Origin: Candidatus Aenigmatarchaeota archaeon
GTDB taxonomy: Archaea > Aenigmatarchaeota > Aenigmatarchaeia > Aenigmatarchaeales > Aenigmatarchaeaceae
Assembly (NCBI GenBank): GCA_043814985.1
Contig: JBDRJK010000021.1
Span: 7,253-71,252, forward strand
DNA length: 64,000 nucleotides
Direction: 5' to 3'
Of this stretch, positions 26,374-36,478 are shown one piece after another. Position numbers and translations under genes: made by a program. Under the pieces are notes generated by a model. The model searched no databases. It was given only the letters and a program-made list of their open reading frames with translations, and was not told the origin of the DNA. Position 1 is the stretch's first letter. Each line of letters opens with the position of its first letter.

Positions 26374-26943
26374 TTAATTTTTTCCTGTTTCCTTAACCAT
26401 TATCCAAATACTTGCAACCATAATTATGAGGAAAAATACTATTGCTATCAGAGGATCGGAAAGTGAAATTCCAATGTTAGGGATGTTCAGTATTTCCAAA
26501 CCTCCAGCTCCTATGAATATCAATATCAAAAGCACCAATAATGCGGTTGCGAAAAACTTGGGATGCTTTGCGAACACATGCTCTCCGCCGATTTTTGTGC
26601 CTGTTATCTCCAAAAATATCATGGCAATTATCAGGCCGAATGCAACCACTATTGACGATGTCATTAAAGTGCTTATGAAGCCAGCCGCCTGAGTTCCCGC
26701 AGCTGCTATTAAAACCATGAATGAAGCGACTATTGCTATCACGCCTCTGGTTGTTATTGACTTGGGCAATTCAATATGTGACAGTATTCCATATACGACT
26801 GCCAGGGTCAAAAGCCAAAGCAATACCAACTGGAAGCCAGCTGCCCTCATGTTTATTATCAGGTCCTCTACTGGGTTTGCCAAGACTGGGCTTGCTAACA
26901 GCAAGATACCAACCAAACATGATGCAATTTTATTACCCTTCAT
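26374..26943 (-). CDS. Multi-pass membrane protein, paralog 2
   Basis: FQLVLLWLLTLAVVYGIL...HPK; start moved to MKGNKIAS. Confidence 0.8.
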   Translation of the reverse strand: MKGNKIASCLVGILLLASPVLANPVEDLIINMRAAGFQLVLLWLLTLAVVYGILSHIELPKSITTRGVIAIVASFMVLIAAAGTQAAGFISTLMTSSIVVAFGLIIAMIFLEITGTKIGGEHVFAKHPKFFATALLVLLILIFIGAGGLEILNIPNIGISLSDPLIAIVFFLIIMVASIWIMVKETGKN

Positions 26944-27004
26944 ATTTACTACCTTATAGTAATATATTGTGTTGAGCCCCCATATAAAGCTATCGTTTTC
27001 ATCT

Positions 27005-27514
27005 TCATACTTTTTTATGTTCTTCTTTCCCAGGTAATACCTCACGACCGGCTTTAAAGGCCGCCCAAAATATGGCTAAAATGAATACTATTGCAAATAA
27101 TATGATTAGGTTATTACCATTACCGATATAAGGCAGTGAGGGAATTAGGTCAGAGTATGTGAAACCTAGGGCCAGCATTAGAAACAGGACTGCTCCTGTT
27201 ATGAGCATGCCGCTTTCTGATCTTGATTCTTTAGAAGGCCTTCTTAGGCCGAACATTTCCAGAATAAATGCTATGAAAAACATGACTATGAAAAAGGCTG
27301 TTATGTTCCCGAACTGGGCCCAAAGAAAGCCTACAAATGTTGCGTTGCCAACAGCGAAAAACGAGATTGCCAATGCAATAACGAAGTTAACGCCCCGGTT
27401 CTTGAATACCTTGGTTATTTCTAAAACTCCAAAAACAACTGCCATAACAAAAAGAAAAGGAATTAGAAACTCACTCGACTGCAATGCTATCAGATCAATT
27501 GCCATACCTTTCAC
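27005..27514 (-). CDS. Multi-pass membrane protein, paralog 3
   Basis: LIPFLFVMAVVFGVLEITKVFKNRGVNFVIALAIS. Confidence 0.8.
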   Translation of the reverse strand: MKGMAIDLIALQSSEFLIPFLFVMAVVFGVLEITKVFKNRGVNFVIALAISFFAVGNATFVGFLWAQFGNITAFFIVMFFIAFILEMFGLRRPSKESRSESGMLITGAVLFLMLALGFTYSDLIPSLPYIGNGNNLIILFAIVFILAIFWAAFKAGREVLPGKEEHKKV

Positions 27515-28086
27515 TAAAGATTATCTTTTTCATGCTCCAATGCTTTTTTCTGAGCCTCTAAGTGTGCAATCGTCGTTCTTATGTATGAACTTGCCGTTGG
27601 ATCAGCACTGCTAGCCTCCCTTCTGTAAGACCTTATCTGTTTATTTAAAAGGTCTATCTCTTTATCTATTGCCTTCTTCCTTTTGCCCTTTTCAGTTGCC
27701 TTGGTTGCCACGCCCTTTCCAATGTTGAACAGTTCTGGAACCTTTGAGGGATGTATGACTCTGCTCCATATGAAAAAGAAAAAACCAACTATCAATGCCA
27801 AATACCACCATCCTAATAAGAACGGTAACATAGTTCCATAATAACTGTAGGGCGTTCCCGTCAAAACAAGGGTTAAGTAAGCCCCAATTGCGAAGAGATA
27901 TCTCATACCCTTATGCATAGGGGCAAGAACCCATGAAAGGCCATATATGAAAAGGAATAATATGATGTGCGGAATAAAGAACAAGTTCAACAGCTGTTCT
28001 TGCGGTGTCATATATCTTGATATTGTCATAGGGTCGATTCTGAGTAATTGATTAAAGATTAAATACAATATGTCAACTGTTGCCAT
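27514..28086 (-). CDS. Membrane protein with a C-terminal coiled coil
   Basis: 3-4 TM helices and a basic helical tail; start 28086 supported by TTTTTATATA about 25-30 nt upstream. Confidence 0.78.
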   Translation of the reverse strand: MATVDILYLIFNQLLRIDPMTISRYMTPQEQLLNLFFIPHIILFLFIYGLSWVLAPMHKGMRYLFAIGAYLTLVLTGTPYSYYGTMLPFLLGWWYLALIVGFFFFIWSRVIHPSKVPELFNIGKGVATKATEKGKRKKAIDKEIDLLNKQIRSYRREASSADPTASSYIRTTIAHLEAQKKALEHEKDNL

Positions 28087-28143
28087 ATGAAGAATATAGA
28101 AAGTCATGTATATAAAAATTTCAAGATTAAGAATATTCCGTTA

Positions 28144-29019
28144 CTAACGATCGTACATAATTCTTAGGCTGCGATCAGAATCTATTGGTTTTATTTTTAC
28201 CTTTTTCTCTCTTCCCTTTCTTTTAGTAGTTTTACTGTTGTAGCTAGATTTTCCTCTTAAATAAAAAAGAGGACCATCACTAATTATCACTTCGCCATTT
28301 TCTCCAGCCTCTGCGTATACATGTTTTAAAGCTTTTTCAAACCAATTGTCTTTAGCTTTTGATTTTCCTTTGTTTACGGTACTTATAGGGCCGTAAGATA
28401 CATTTAATGGAATCTCCGTGTAATTGTCGTTATCAAAGGTAAAACTTTGACTTACAGCATAACTTGGTTGGCCTGGAACATTGTTTACATTAAATTCTCC
28501 ACCATACATTATTTGGTGTTGATTTGATCCTTCGACATTTACGTTTATTGGAGGTATTCCACCATTACCACCTGCTCCTCCTGGCCCGCCAATTCCACCT
28601 CCACCATCTGGGCTAACACCTGGTTTTGTTTTAGATAAACCTATCTTAAATAAGTCCCAGTCTACTTCTTTCAGTTGTTCATTTAATTCTTTGAATTCTT
28701 TTTCATTTTTTCTATTATCTATATAACCATCAGCAAATCCTAGTCCAAAAGAGAATGCTGTGATTACAGCAGATGCTGCATCCCAGTAAAAAGGATGCAT
28801 GCCAGGAATAATGTTCATATACATGTCGAAAGGTGTTTGTGTCGGATTGGCATACTTATAATCCTGGCTTCTAACTTCGTTTGTAACAGTATTTTTGTAA
28901 GGTTGTCCGGCTCCTAAATTTTTTATATTACCAGCAGTTGTACCTCTAGAAGATTCATGAGAACCGGACCATATTTGAGGTGGAGCTTCTAATGTTATCA
29001 TTTTTTTTGTTTCTTCCAT
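28144..29019 (-). CDS. Hypothetical protein with a Gly-rich linker
   Basis: ~291 aa AT-rich ORF; PDGGGGIGGPGGAGGNGG. Confidence 0.65.
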   Translation of the reverse strand: MEETKKMITLEAPPQIWSGSHESSRGTTAGNIKNLGAGQPYKNTVTNEVRSQDYKYANPTQTPFDMYMNIIPGMHPFYWDAASAVITAFSFGLGFADGYIDNRKNEKEFKELNEQLKEVDWDLFKIGLSKTKPGVSPDGGGGIGGPGGAGGNGGIPPINVNVEGSNQHQIMYGGEFNVNNVPGQPSYAVSQSFTFDNDNYTEIPLNVSYGPISTVNKGKSKAKDNWFEKALKHVYAEAGENGEVIISDGPLFYLRGKSSYNSKTTKRKGREKKVKIKPIDSDRSLRIMYDR

Positions 29020-29125
29020 TTTTATCACTTTATTTGTCTTCCATTATTATTGCTTTTATTAGATCATTCATTATTATCACTATATTTACTACCCAATAGT
29101 AAATATATTACAAAAGAATATAAAG

Positions 29126-29356
29126 CTATCGTTCTAGCTTGAAAACTTCAAGTTCCTCGCAAATCTCGAGGATGGCCCAAGCCCAGACAATGGCCTCAAA
29201 GCTCTTGACCTCGTTGTTTGCTTTAAGAAAATGTTTTGAATCAGAAATATAGGCTTTCATGTTGGTGAGCATTTCCTGTCCTTTGTCATCTTTGACTTTT
29301 ATCATTTCAACCAAAGGCTCTATCTTTACAGTCATTTTCTCTATTTCTTCCTTCAT
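29126..29356 (-). CDS. DUF357-like small protein
   Basis: AYISDSKHFL...SFEAIVWAWAILE; coupled to dph5. Confidence 0.75.
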   Translation of the reverse strand: MKEEIEKMTVKIEPLVEMIKVKDDKGQEMLTNMKAYISDSKHFLKANNEVKSFEAIVWAWAILEICEELEVFKLER

Positions 29357-30072
29357 TGGAACAACTCCAGAAAGTCCTTTTCCCTGAAGTGCAGCCTCCC
29401 AGGAATCACTATGACTGCTGGCAAGTCTATTGACTTTGCCATAAGGTTCTTGACAGTGTCATAGAATACCTCAGACTCGCCACCAGCTCTTGAGAGAACA
29501 GCCAGATTGTCAAGGTTTTTCACCAATTTTGCCTTCAGGAGAAGTTTGAGGGCATCAGAAATTCTCAAATTGATGTTGACTACTCTGTCAATGTCCAATA
29601 ACAAAAGAGTATGAAGCTTCAATTTCTTGTTTCCTTTAACAGTCTTCTTAACATTCTCCATTTTTCCTGACATGGGGATGGTCGCTATCTTGCCGAACTT
29701 GTACAATTGCAAGCCTATCTCACCAACAGCAGAGACAATAGAGGCATTGTGGATCACTTTGACAGGAATCTTCCTCAATTTAGCTTGGTAAACCAAGTCA
29801 ATGTGAGTTGTGGCTGACAAAGGGTCGCCTGGAACAAAAATAGCAATGTCCTTTTCCTTGGCCTCCTCCACCAAAGCCTCAGAGTTCTCCTCCATGTCCT
29901 TTCTTTTCAGCAACTTGACGCTTTTTCCAATAACTTCTTCCAAACCTTCAACAGAACCCTGCCACACAGAAGTGTATAGTTCCGCGTAACAGTCACACTT
30001 CTTGGCAATCTCAACTGCTTTCAGCGACAAGTCCCTCTCGTCATTCAATCCTAAACCAATCAGATACAGCAT
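29353..30072 (-). CDS. dph5: Diphthine synthase
   Basis: MLYLIGLGL, YAELYTS, GDPLSATTH, GLQLYKFG, LHTLLLLDI. Confidence 0.95.
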   Translation of the reverse strand: MLYLIGLGLNDERDLSLKAVEIAKKCDCYAELYTSVWQGSVEGLEEVIGKSVKLLKRKDMEENSEALVEEAKEKDIAIFVPGDPLSATTHIDLVYQAKLRKIPVKVIHNASIVSAVGEIGLQLYKFGKIATIPMSGKMENVKKTVKGNKKLKLHTLLLLDIDRVVNINLRISDALKLLLKAKLVKNLDNLAVLSRAGGESEVFYDTVKNLMAKSIDLPAVIVIPGRLHFREKDFLELFQ

Positions 30073-30105
30073 ATTTTTAATGTGGTCCAAAGAAATATAT
30101 AAAAC

Positions 30106-30864
30106 ATGCGAATAGCCTATGAGGTAATCGGGGACAGGGTAAAGTCAGTAGCTCTGATAGGAGAGGATACTAAAAATCCTAAGAAAGCTGCTGAGGAAAT
30201 AATGAAAAGACACAAGGCTGTCAAGTCAGTTCTACAGAAAACCGACAAGAGGCAGGGAAAGTTCAGGCTTCATCCTTACAAGCTGATAAAGGGAAGTAGA
30301 GACACAGAAGTCATTCACAAAGAGCATAATTACCTGATAAAAATTGACCCGAAAAAGGTCTATTTCTCACCAAAGGAAGGAACAGAAAGGCAGAGGATAG
30401 TTGAACTGGTCAGGAACGGTGAACGCATACTTGTAATGTTCTCAGGAGCAGCGCCATACGCAATAGCAATAGCCAAGAAGTACCCTCATAACGAGATAAT
30501 GGCCATTGAGATAAATGTCAAGGGAGTGGTTTATGCTCAAAAAAATGCCAGGTTAAACAAGCTAACCAACATAAAGAACATATGCTGGGACATCAGGGAG
30601 GCTAGGGGAATAGGCAAATTTGACAGAATAATAATGCCCCTGCCAGAAACTGCTATTGATTACTTGGACGAGGCTGTTCTCCATTCCAAAAAAGGCACCA
30701 TAATTCACTTGTATGGCTTTTCAAAGGGTTTTGATGAACTGGAAAGAAAGGTCAAGCTCAAAGCCTACATCTACAACTTCAAATACAAGATAGTTGGCAA
30801 GCAGAAAGTGTTGTCCTATTCTCCAGGAGTGTCAAAGAACAGGCTTGACATCAAGCTTTTGTGA
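30106..30864 (+). CDS. trm5: Trm5/Met-10-like tRNA methyltransferase
   Basis: KVYFSP, VMFSGAAPY, FDRIIMPLP. Confidence 0.75.
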   Translation: MRIAYEVIGDRVKSVALIGEDTKNPKKAAEEIMKRHKAVKSVLQKTDKRQGKFRLHPYKLIKGSRDTEVIHKEHNYLIKIDPKKVYFSPKEGTERQRIVELVRNGERILVMFSGAAPYAIAIAKKYPHNEIMAIEINVKGVVYAQKNARLNKLTNIKNICWDIREARGIGKFDRIIMPLPETAIDYLDEAVLHSKKGTIIHLYGFSKGFDELERKVKLKAYIYNFKYKIVGKQKVLSYSPGVSKNRLDIKLL

Positions 30865-31663
30865 CTTTCAAATCAAAAACATAGTGGTATACCTTCGGGG
30901 CGTATGATTTTATTCTTGTTACCTTGATTACTTTGGCTTTTTTGCCTAATTTTTCCTTTAGTCCCTTGATTTCGCTTTCCTTTGCTGTTCTGTGCAAGTG
31001 AATTATGCATTTTTTCTTGGCAATTCTCATGGCATGTGGCAGGAACTTCTCTGTATCAAACAAATGTCCCATGACTATCCTGTTTGCAGTGTTCTTCAGT
31101 AATTTCGAGAAATCCCTGCAGTCTCCTTGTAGTATCTCTATCTTGTTCTCCACTCCGTTCAGCCAGGTGTTCCTTCTCAGTAGCTCTGTTGACTTGGGAT
31201 TGATGTCTATTGCGTATATCTTGTCAGGATTTGAGTACTTTGCCAGGAATATGGAGAAATAGCCTATGCCAGCAAACATGTCAACTATGGTTTCATTTGG
31301 CTTGGCTAGCTTTACTAGCCTCATTCTTTCCCTCTTGTTGCCCTGGGACCACATGACCTGTGAAACATCTATCAGGAACTGGCATTTGTGCTCCTTGTGC
31401 AGGGTTTGGGTTGACTTGCAGCCTGCTATAACCTCTATGGAAGGCTTCCTAGTCACTGATTTGATTCCCTTGAACAAACAAACAGTAAGAATGTATGGAA
31501 ACATTTCAAGCAAGGACTTCCCAATAAGTTTTTTGTGCTTGACCAGTTTCTTGTCCAGCTTGATTAGCATTATCTTGCCTAGTATCTGGTAGCCTCTTGG
31601 TAGGAGGTTTAGCTCTTCTTCAGACAAGTCAAGCTTCTTTCTCATGCTAGTGTAGAATGTCAT
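30851..31663 (-). CDS. taw2: Taw2/TYW2-like SAM-dependent tRNA (wyosine pathway) transferase
   Basis: HKEHKC, VMWSQGNKRER, VDMFAGIGYFSI, RIVMG, KSYAP. Confidence 0.75.
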   Translation of the reverse strand: MTFYTSMRKKLDLSEEELNLLPRGYQILGKIMLIKLDKKLVKHKKLIGKSLLEMFPYILTVCLFKGIKSVTRKPSIEVIAGCKSTQTLHKEHKCQFLIDVSQVMWSQGNKRERMRLVKLAKPNETIVDMFAGIGYFSIFLAKYSNPDKIYAIDINPKSTELLRRNTWLNGVENKIEILQGDCRDFSKLLKNTANRIVMGHLFDTEKFLPHAMRIAKKKCIIHLHRTAKESEIKGLKEKLGKKAKVIKVTRIKSYAPKVYHYVFDLKVTKA

Positions 31664-31683
31664 AATATCTATTGTTTGTGCGA

Positions 31684-31700
31684 ATAAAAAAAAGAAAAGG
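31684..31700 (-). terminator. Oligo-T terminator
   Basis: Minus-strand CCTTTTCTTTTTTTTAT about 30 nt after stop 31728. Confidence 0.6.
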
Positions 31701-31727
31701 GGTGGGTGTTTAAAAATACAATATTCA

Positions 31728-32108
31728 CTAGAACTTTGTAGATGCTGACAACCATATTGCTTTCAATGCAATCAAGACTGCTGCTGGTACAACTAAAATT
31801 CCAATGTTGTTCACGATTGCTACCAAGTAAGTTGACAACGGTAGTGGAAGGTTTGCGAATGCTGATCCTGCGTTACCAGCTGCCATTAAAGCAATAACAG
31901 CTAACAGAAACATGTCTACTTCCTTGAAATCAATACTACCTACTCCAGCTACACCTAACAATCCGATTACGAATCCTAGTACTGCTAGGACAACTGTTAC
32001 CATTGATGCGTCGATTGTTGGCACTAAGCCAGCTACGACTGCCACTAAGATACCTAGTACAAAAAGCCACCCACTTGCTTTTACCCATCCTGATGCTTTT
32101 TTTGCCAT
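31728..32108 (-). CDS. Small 4-TM membrane protein
   Basis: 126 aa; AGGTGA SD-like motif upstream; own terminator. Confidence 0.82.
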   Translation of the reverse strand: MAKKASGWVKASGWLFVLGILVAVVAGLVPTIDASMVTVVLAVLGFVIGLLGVAGVGSIDFKEVDMFLLAVIALMAAGNAGSAFANLPLPLSTYLVAIVNNIGILVVPAAVLIALKAIWLSASTKF

Positions 32109-32182
32109 AGTTTCACCTATATTTCAATTGGAAAAACCGACTTTTAAAAGTATCGTCGTCAGGCGTTGTATTAGGAACTTAT

Positions 32183-32728
32183 TTAAACGGGCTCAGAAAA
32201 GGTATTTGCCTCGAATTTGTATATCTTTGACATTGGGTCTAACCAAGAATCAGCTGTTAATCCTGCTTTGTAGCATAAATTCTCCAGATATTGCTCCAGA
32301 TTCCATTTTTGATCAATGGGAACCTTGGGAAGGAAGAGTCCCCCCATTATTCCGTTCCTTATAATCAGACCATGCTTCCCCAATTCTATTTCTTTCTTGT
32401 AATTCTTCTGAAAATTTTCAATCAGCACTGGTTCGGTCAGGACAGAAACCTCGATTTTTATGTTCTTTAGTTCGTTTTCTTCAAGAGGTTCGAATCTTGG
32501 GTCCCTGCAGGCAAGACAAGCAGCCTCAACCAAGCCCTCTATTAAAGGCTTTTGAGGATAAGGCAAGCCTATACATCCTCTCAGCATGCCTTTTTTGTAG
32601 AGGGTTACGAAAACTCCCCTCTTTTCTTTCAATTCTTCTGGAAAATCAGTTGGAACATCAATTCTCTTGCCTGTTTTCACATAGTTTTCAATAGATTCTC
32701 TTGATAGCTTCAGGATAAACTCTCTCAT
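32183..32728 (-). CDS. AMMECR1 family (AmmeMemoRadiSam protein A)
   Basis: RGVFVTL, LRGCIG, DPRF, EVSVLT, LCYKAG. Confidence 0.93.
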   Translation of the reverse strand: MREFILKLSRESIENYVKTGKRIDVPTDFPEELKEKRGVFVTLYKKGMLRGCIGLPYPQKPLIEGLVEAACLACRDPRFEPLEENELKNIKIEVSVLTEPVLIENFQKNYKKEIELGKHGLIIRNGIMGGLFLPKVPIDQKWNLEQYLENLCYKAGLTADSWLDPMSKIYKFEANTFSEPV

Positions 32729-32749
32729 AGAAGTTAGTTCAGGTACGAA

Positions 32750-35386
32750 CTATTTATTTTTAGAGAATCTCATTAGGATTTCTGGCATTGCTAATAGACC
32801 TAGACTGGAGAACAATAACACCTTTACCCAGTCCATCAAGCTTAGCGCAGTCAGATGGAATATTCCTTGGAATAACGGTACATATATTATGACTATTTGC
32901 AGAATAAATGATATCAATACAGCAATTAGTAATTTTTTATTTGTCAGGGGATTTAACCTAAAAACACCCTTTTTTTCAGACCTGCAATTGAATACAAAAA
33001 ACATCTCGAAAAATATTGCAGCACTAAAAGCCATTGTTTGTGCTTTCTCTAAACCGTTTGGTAATTCTAAAATAAAAATGCCAAAGGATGAAGCAAAATC
33101 CAATATTGATGCAAATATTATAAAAGCTAGTGTGCCTGTTATTATTCCTTTTTTAGGGTCTCTTGGAGGTTTTTTCATTACATCAGGATCTTTTGGGTCA
33201 ACACTCAGTGCCAAAGCAGGAAGCCCGTCTGTAATCAAGTTAATCCACAGTATGTGAATAGGTAAATAAGGTAAAATAATAGCCCCTGTTGCGTCAGTGA
33301 GTCCAATTAGCATGGGCACAGTTATCATTGCCAGCTCATCGAAATTGGCTGCCAGCAGGAACCTGACGAATTTTCTAATATTATCATAAATGCCCCTGCC
33401 TTCTTCAACAGCAGAGACTATTGTGGAAAAATTATCATCCATCAAGACCATGTCAGCAGCTTCCTTTGACACGTCAGTTCCCTTTATCCCCATTGCAATA
33501 CCAACATCTGCTTTTTTCAGGGCAGGTGCGTCATTGACACCATCACCTGTCATGGCAACCACATGGCCATTGGACTTTAGTATGTCAACAATTCTTATCT
33601 TATGACTTGGTGATACTCTTGCGAATATCACAGTGTCCTCCACAACTTCCTTTAGCTTTTTATCGTCCATCTTGTCCAGTTGTTCACCCCTTAGGATGTT
33701 TCCTTGCAGACCAACCTGGGAAGCAATTGCTTTTGCTGTTAATTCATGATCGCCTGTTATCATTTTTATTTTGATTCCAGCCCTCTTGCAAAGAGCAATA
33801 GCGCTTTTGGTCTCCTTTCTTGGCGGATCTATCATTGCAACTAGGCCAACAAAAGTCATGTTACTTTCAACTGAGTTTATGGAATATCTCTTTGATAACT
33901 CCTTATAAGAGAAGCCCAATACTCTGAGACCGTTTCCTGCCAACTCATGAACAATCTTTAATATCTTTTCCTTGTCTGCCTTTACCAATTTTTTGTTGAT
34001 GTAGATTTTGTCGCACATACCAAGTATGACTTCTGGAGCACCCTTGGTGTATGCGAAGATATCTCCTCCAATATTGTGGATTGTTGTCATTTTCTTTCTC
34101 TCAGAAGAGAATGGAATCTCATTGATTTTCTTATAATCTTCCTTTATTCCACTCTTTTCTGCCAGAACCTTCAAAGCTCCTTCAGTAGGGTCACCAATCA
34201 CTTCCCACTGCTTTCCCCCCTTCAATATAGAATTATTACACATCGATCCTATCTTCAAAAGAATATCAAGACTTCCTATCCTTCTCGGGTCTATTTTCTT
34301 GTCGTTCAATAGAAAATCTCCCTTTGGATTAAAACCAACTCCAGTAACATCTATGATTTTTCCATTGACCCATATTTTTTTAACTGTCATTTCGTTTGTT
34401 GTCATAGTTCCAGTCTTATCCGCGCAGATAACTGTTGTTGATCCCAAAGCCTCGACTGCAGCCAGTCTTTTTATTACTGAATTCTTTTTCAGCATCCTCT
34501 GGGTTCCTAGAGCAAGGGTTAATGTTATGACAGCCGGGAGTCCTTCTGGGACAGCTGATATTGCCAGACTCAGTGCTGTCATGAACATGTAAAAGGGGTC
34601 TATGTTCCTGACCAATCCAATGGAGAAAATAATTGTGCTTGCTATCAGGACAACCAAGCCCAGCATTTTTCCAAGGCTTTGTAGTTTTATCTGCAGTGGT
34701 GTCGGCTCTTCCCTTTCCTGCACCATGCCTGCTATCTTTCCCATTTCAGTTGACATTCCAGTGGAAATCACAATTCCCATGCCTCTCCCATATGTGACCA
34801 GCGTTCCCATGAATCCCATGTTTTCCATTTCTGTGAGGGAGACATCTTTCAAAGGTTTTGTGTGCTTTGTTGCTGCTACTGATTCACCTGTTAGCATTGA
34901 TTCATCAATTTTCAGGTTCAATGCTTCGAACAATCTTATATCTGCAGGAACCCTGTTTCCTGCCTCAAGAATGACAATGTCTCCTGGGACAATCTGTTCT
35001 ATTGGCACTTCGACCTTTTCCATGTTTCTGACAACAAGGACCTTTGTCACAATAAGTTTTTTCAGAGCCTCAATTGCCTTTTCAGCCTTGTACTCCTGAT
35101 AAAAGCCTAGGATAGCGTTTAATACAAGAATAGCTCCTATTACAATTGCGTCTGTGATTAAACCTAGAACAAGTGATATTGCAGTTGCGAAGAGAAGCAA
35201 AATAACCAGAAAGCTCTTGAACTGCTCCAGTAAAATTATCAGGGATGTTCTCCTTTTCTTGCTCCTAATCTTGTTCATTCCATACTCTCTGAGTCTTAAA
35301 TTGGCTTCAGAACTTTTCAGACCTTTCTCGTTGGTTTTCAATTCCTTGAAGACTTCCTCAGAACTCATTGTATGCCATTTGTTCAT
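32750..35386 (-). CDS. P-type (IIA-like, Ca2+) cation ATPase
   Basis: LTGES, VPEGLP, DKTGT, MTGDGVNDAPALK, LWINLITDG. Confidence 0.95.
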   Translation of the reverse strand: MNKWHTMSSEEVFKELKTNEKGLKSSEANLRLREYGMNKIRSKKRRTSLIILLEQFKSFLVILLLFATAISLVLGLITDAIVIGAILVLNAILGFYQEYKAEKAIEALKKLIVTKVLVVRNMEKVEVPIEQIVPGDIVILEAGNRVPADIRLFEALNLKIDESMLTGESVAATKHTKPLKDVSLTEMENMGFMGTLVTYGRGMGIVISTGMSTEMGKIAGMVQEREEPTPLQIKLQSLGKMLGLVVLIASTIIFSIGLVRNIDPFYMFMTALSLAISAVPEGLPAVITLTLALGTQRMLKKNSVIKRLAAVEALGSTTVICADKTGTMTTNEMTVKKIWVNGKIIDVTGVGFNPKGDFLLNDKKIDPRRIGSLDILLKIGSMCNNSILKGGKQWEVIGDPTEGALKVLAEKSGIKEDYKKINEIPFSSERKKMTTIHNIGGDIFAYTKGAPEVILGMCDKIYINKKLVKADKEKILKIVHELAGNGLRVLGFSYKELSKRYSINSVESNMTFVGLVAMIDPPRKETKSAIALCKRAGIKIKMITGDHELTAKAIASQVGLQGNILRGEQLDKMDDKKLKEVVEDTVIFARVSPSHKIRIVDILKSNGHVVAMTGDGVNDAPALKKADVGIAMGIKGTDVSKEAADMVLMDDNFSTIVSAVEEGRGIYDNIRKFVRFLLAANFDELAMITVPMLIGLTDATGAIILPYLPIHILWINLITDGLPALALSVDPKDPDVMKKPPRDPKKGIITGTLAFIIFASILDFASSFGIFILELPNGLEKAQTMAFSAAIFFEMFFVFNCRSEKKGVFRLNPLTNKKLLIAVLISFILQIVIIYVPLFQGIFHLTALSLMDWVKVLLFSSLGLLAMPEILMRFSKNK

Positions 35387-35462
35387 AAATATTTGTTGAT
35401 TTTCTTGATTTAAAGTTTAACCATCAGAAAATAATATAAGCCGGTTAACAGAACATAAGAAT

Positions 35463-36398
35463 ATGCTGTTCATCAACTTTGTGTATTTTTTGATTGCGTG
35501 CTTTTTCCTGGCTATTGGAGGAAACTTGGTTGTTAGGAGCCTGTCAGAGGTAGCTAGGCATTACCAGATGAGGGAATTCGTTCTCGGTTTTGTCTTGGTC
35601 GCAATATCAACCTCAATACCAGAGCTCTTTGTCGGCATATTCTCTGCTTTGGATAATGTTCCTGCCATTTCCTTCGGTGATGTTATAGGAGCCAACATAG
35701 TCGACCTGACAATAGTGATTGGCTTTGCTGCCTTGTTGGGAAAGAGGGTATTTGTCGAGAGGGAAATAAACAAGGATGACATACTCTATACAACCCTGAT
35801 AGCATTCCTGCCGATTTTGCTGTTTTTCGATCAGCAATTGTCAAGAATAGACGGATTAATACTGTTGTCTGTTTTTGCTTTGTACATTGTTATGCTTGTT
35901 AAACGGAGGAAGCACTTTCATGCCCTAAAGGATGGCATATCAAAGGCGAGGGTATTGTTGGACATAATTGTTTTCATAATAAGCTTGGCTATTCTTTTGG
36001 TGTCTGCCAAGTTCGTTGTCGAGACTGCTGAGATAATAGCTATTGAACTGGCTTTTCCGGAAATCCTTGTTGGTTTGATTATAGTAAGCATAGGGACGAC
36101 CCTGCCAGAGCTTTCATTTGAAGTCAACTCTGTGAGAAAGGGTTTCTGTGGCATGGCTTTAGGAGACTTGCTGGGAAGTGTTGTCATAAACTCCTGCCTT
36201 GTGTTGGGCATTGCATCTCTGATATACCCAATTACTGCAGAGTTCCTGCCCTTTTTAATAGGCTCGATATTCTTAATGGCAATACTGGGGATTTTCGCTG
36301 TTTTCGCTAAAACAGGAAGGGTAATAACAAGAAAAGAGGGCCTCATACTCATCTTATTCTATGTTATGTTTGTGGTAACTAGCATTCTGGCTAGATAG
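35463..36398 (+). CDS. Na+/Ca2+ exchanger (CaCA/YrbG family)
   Basis: Alpha repeats STSIPE...GDVIGAN and GTTLPE...GDLLGS. Confidence 0.92.
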   Translation: MLFINFVYFLIACFFLAIGGNLVVRSLSEVARHYQMREFVLGFVLVAISTSIPELFVGIFSALDNVPAISFGDVIGANIVDLTIVIGFAALLGKRVFVEREINKDDILYTTLIAFLPILLFFDQQLSRIDGLILLSVFALYIVMLVKRRKHFHALKDGISKARVLLDIIVFIISLAILLVSAKFVVETAEIIAIELAFPEILVGLIIVSIGTTLPELSFEVNSVRKGFCGMALGDLLGSVVINSCLVLGIASLIYPITAEFLPFLIGSIFLMAILGIFAVFAKTGRVITRKEGLILILFYVMFVVTSILAR

Positions 36399-36478
36399 CC
36401 TAGTAGTTATTATTCAAACATGTAAGAAACAAAGCTTAAAGCAAAATTATTTTATAGGACATTAACTATTATTATCAA

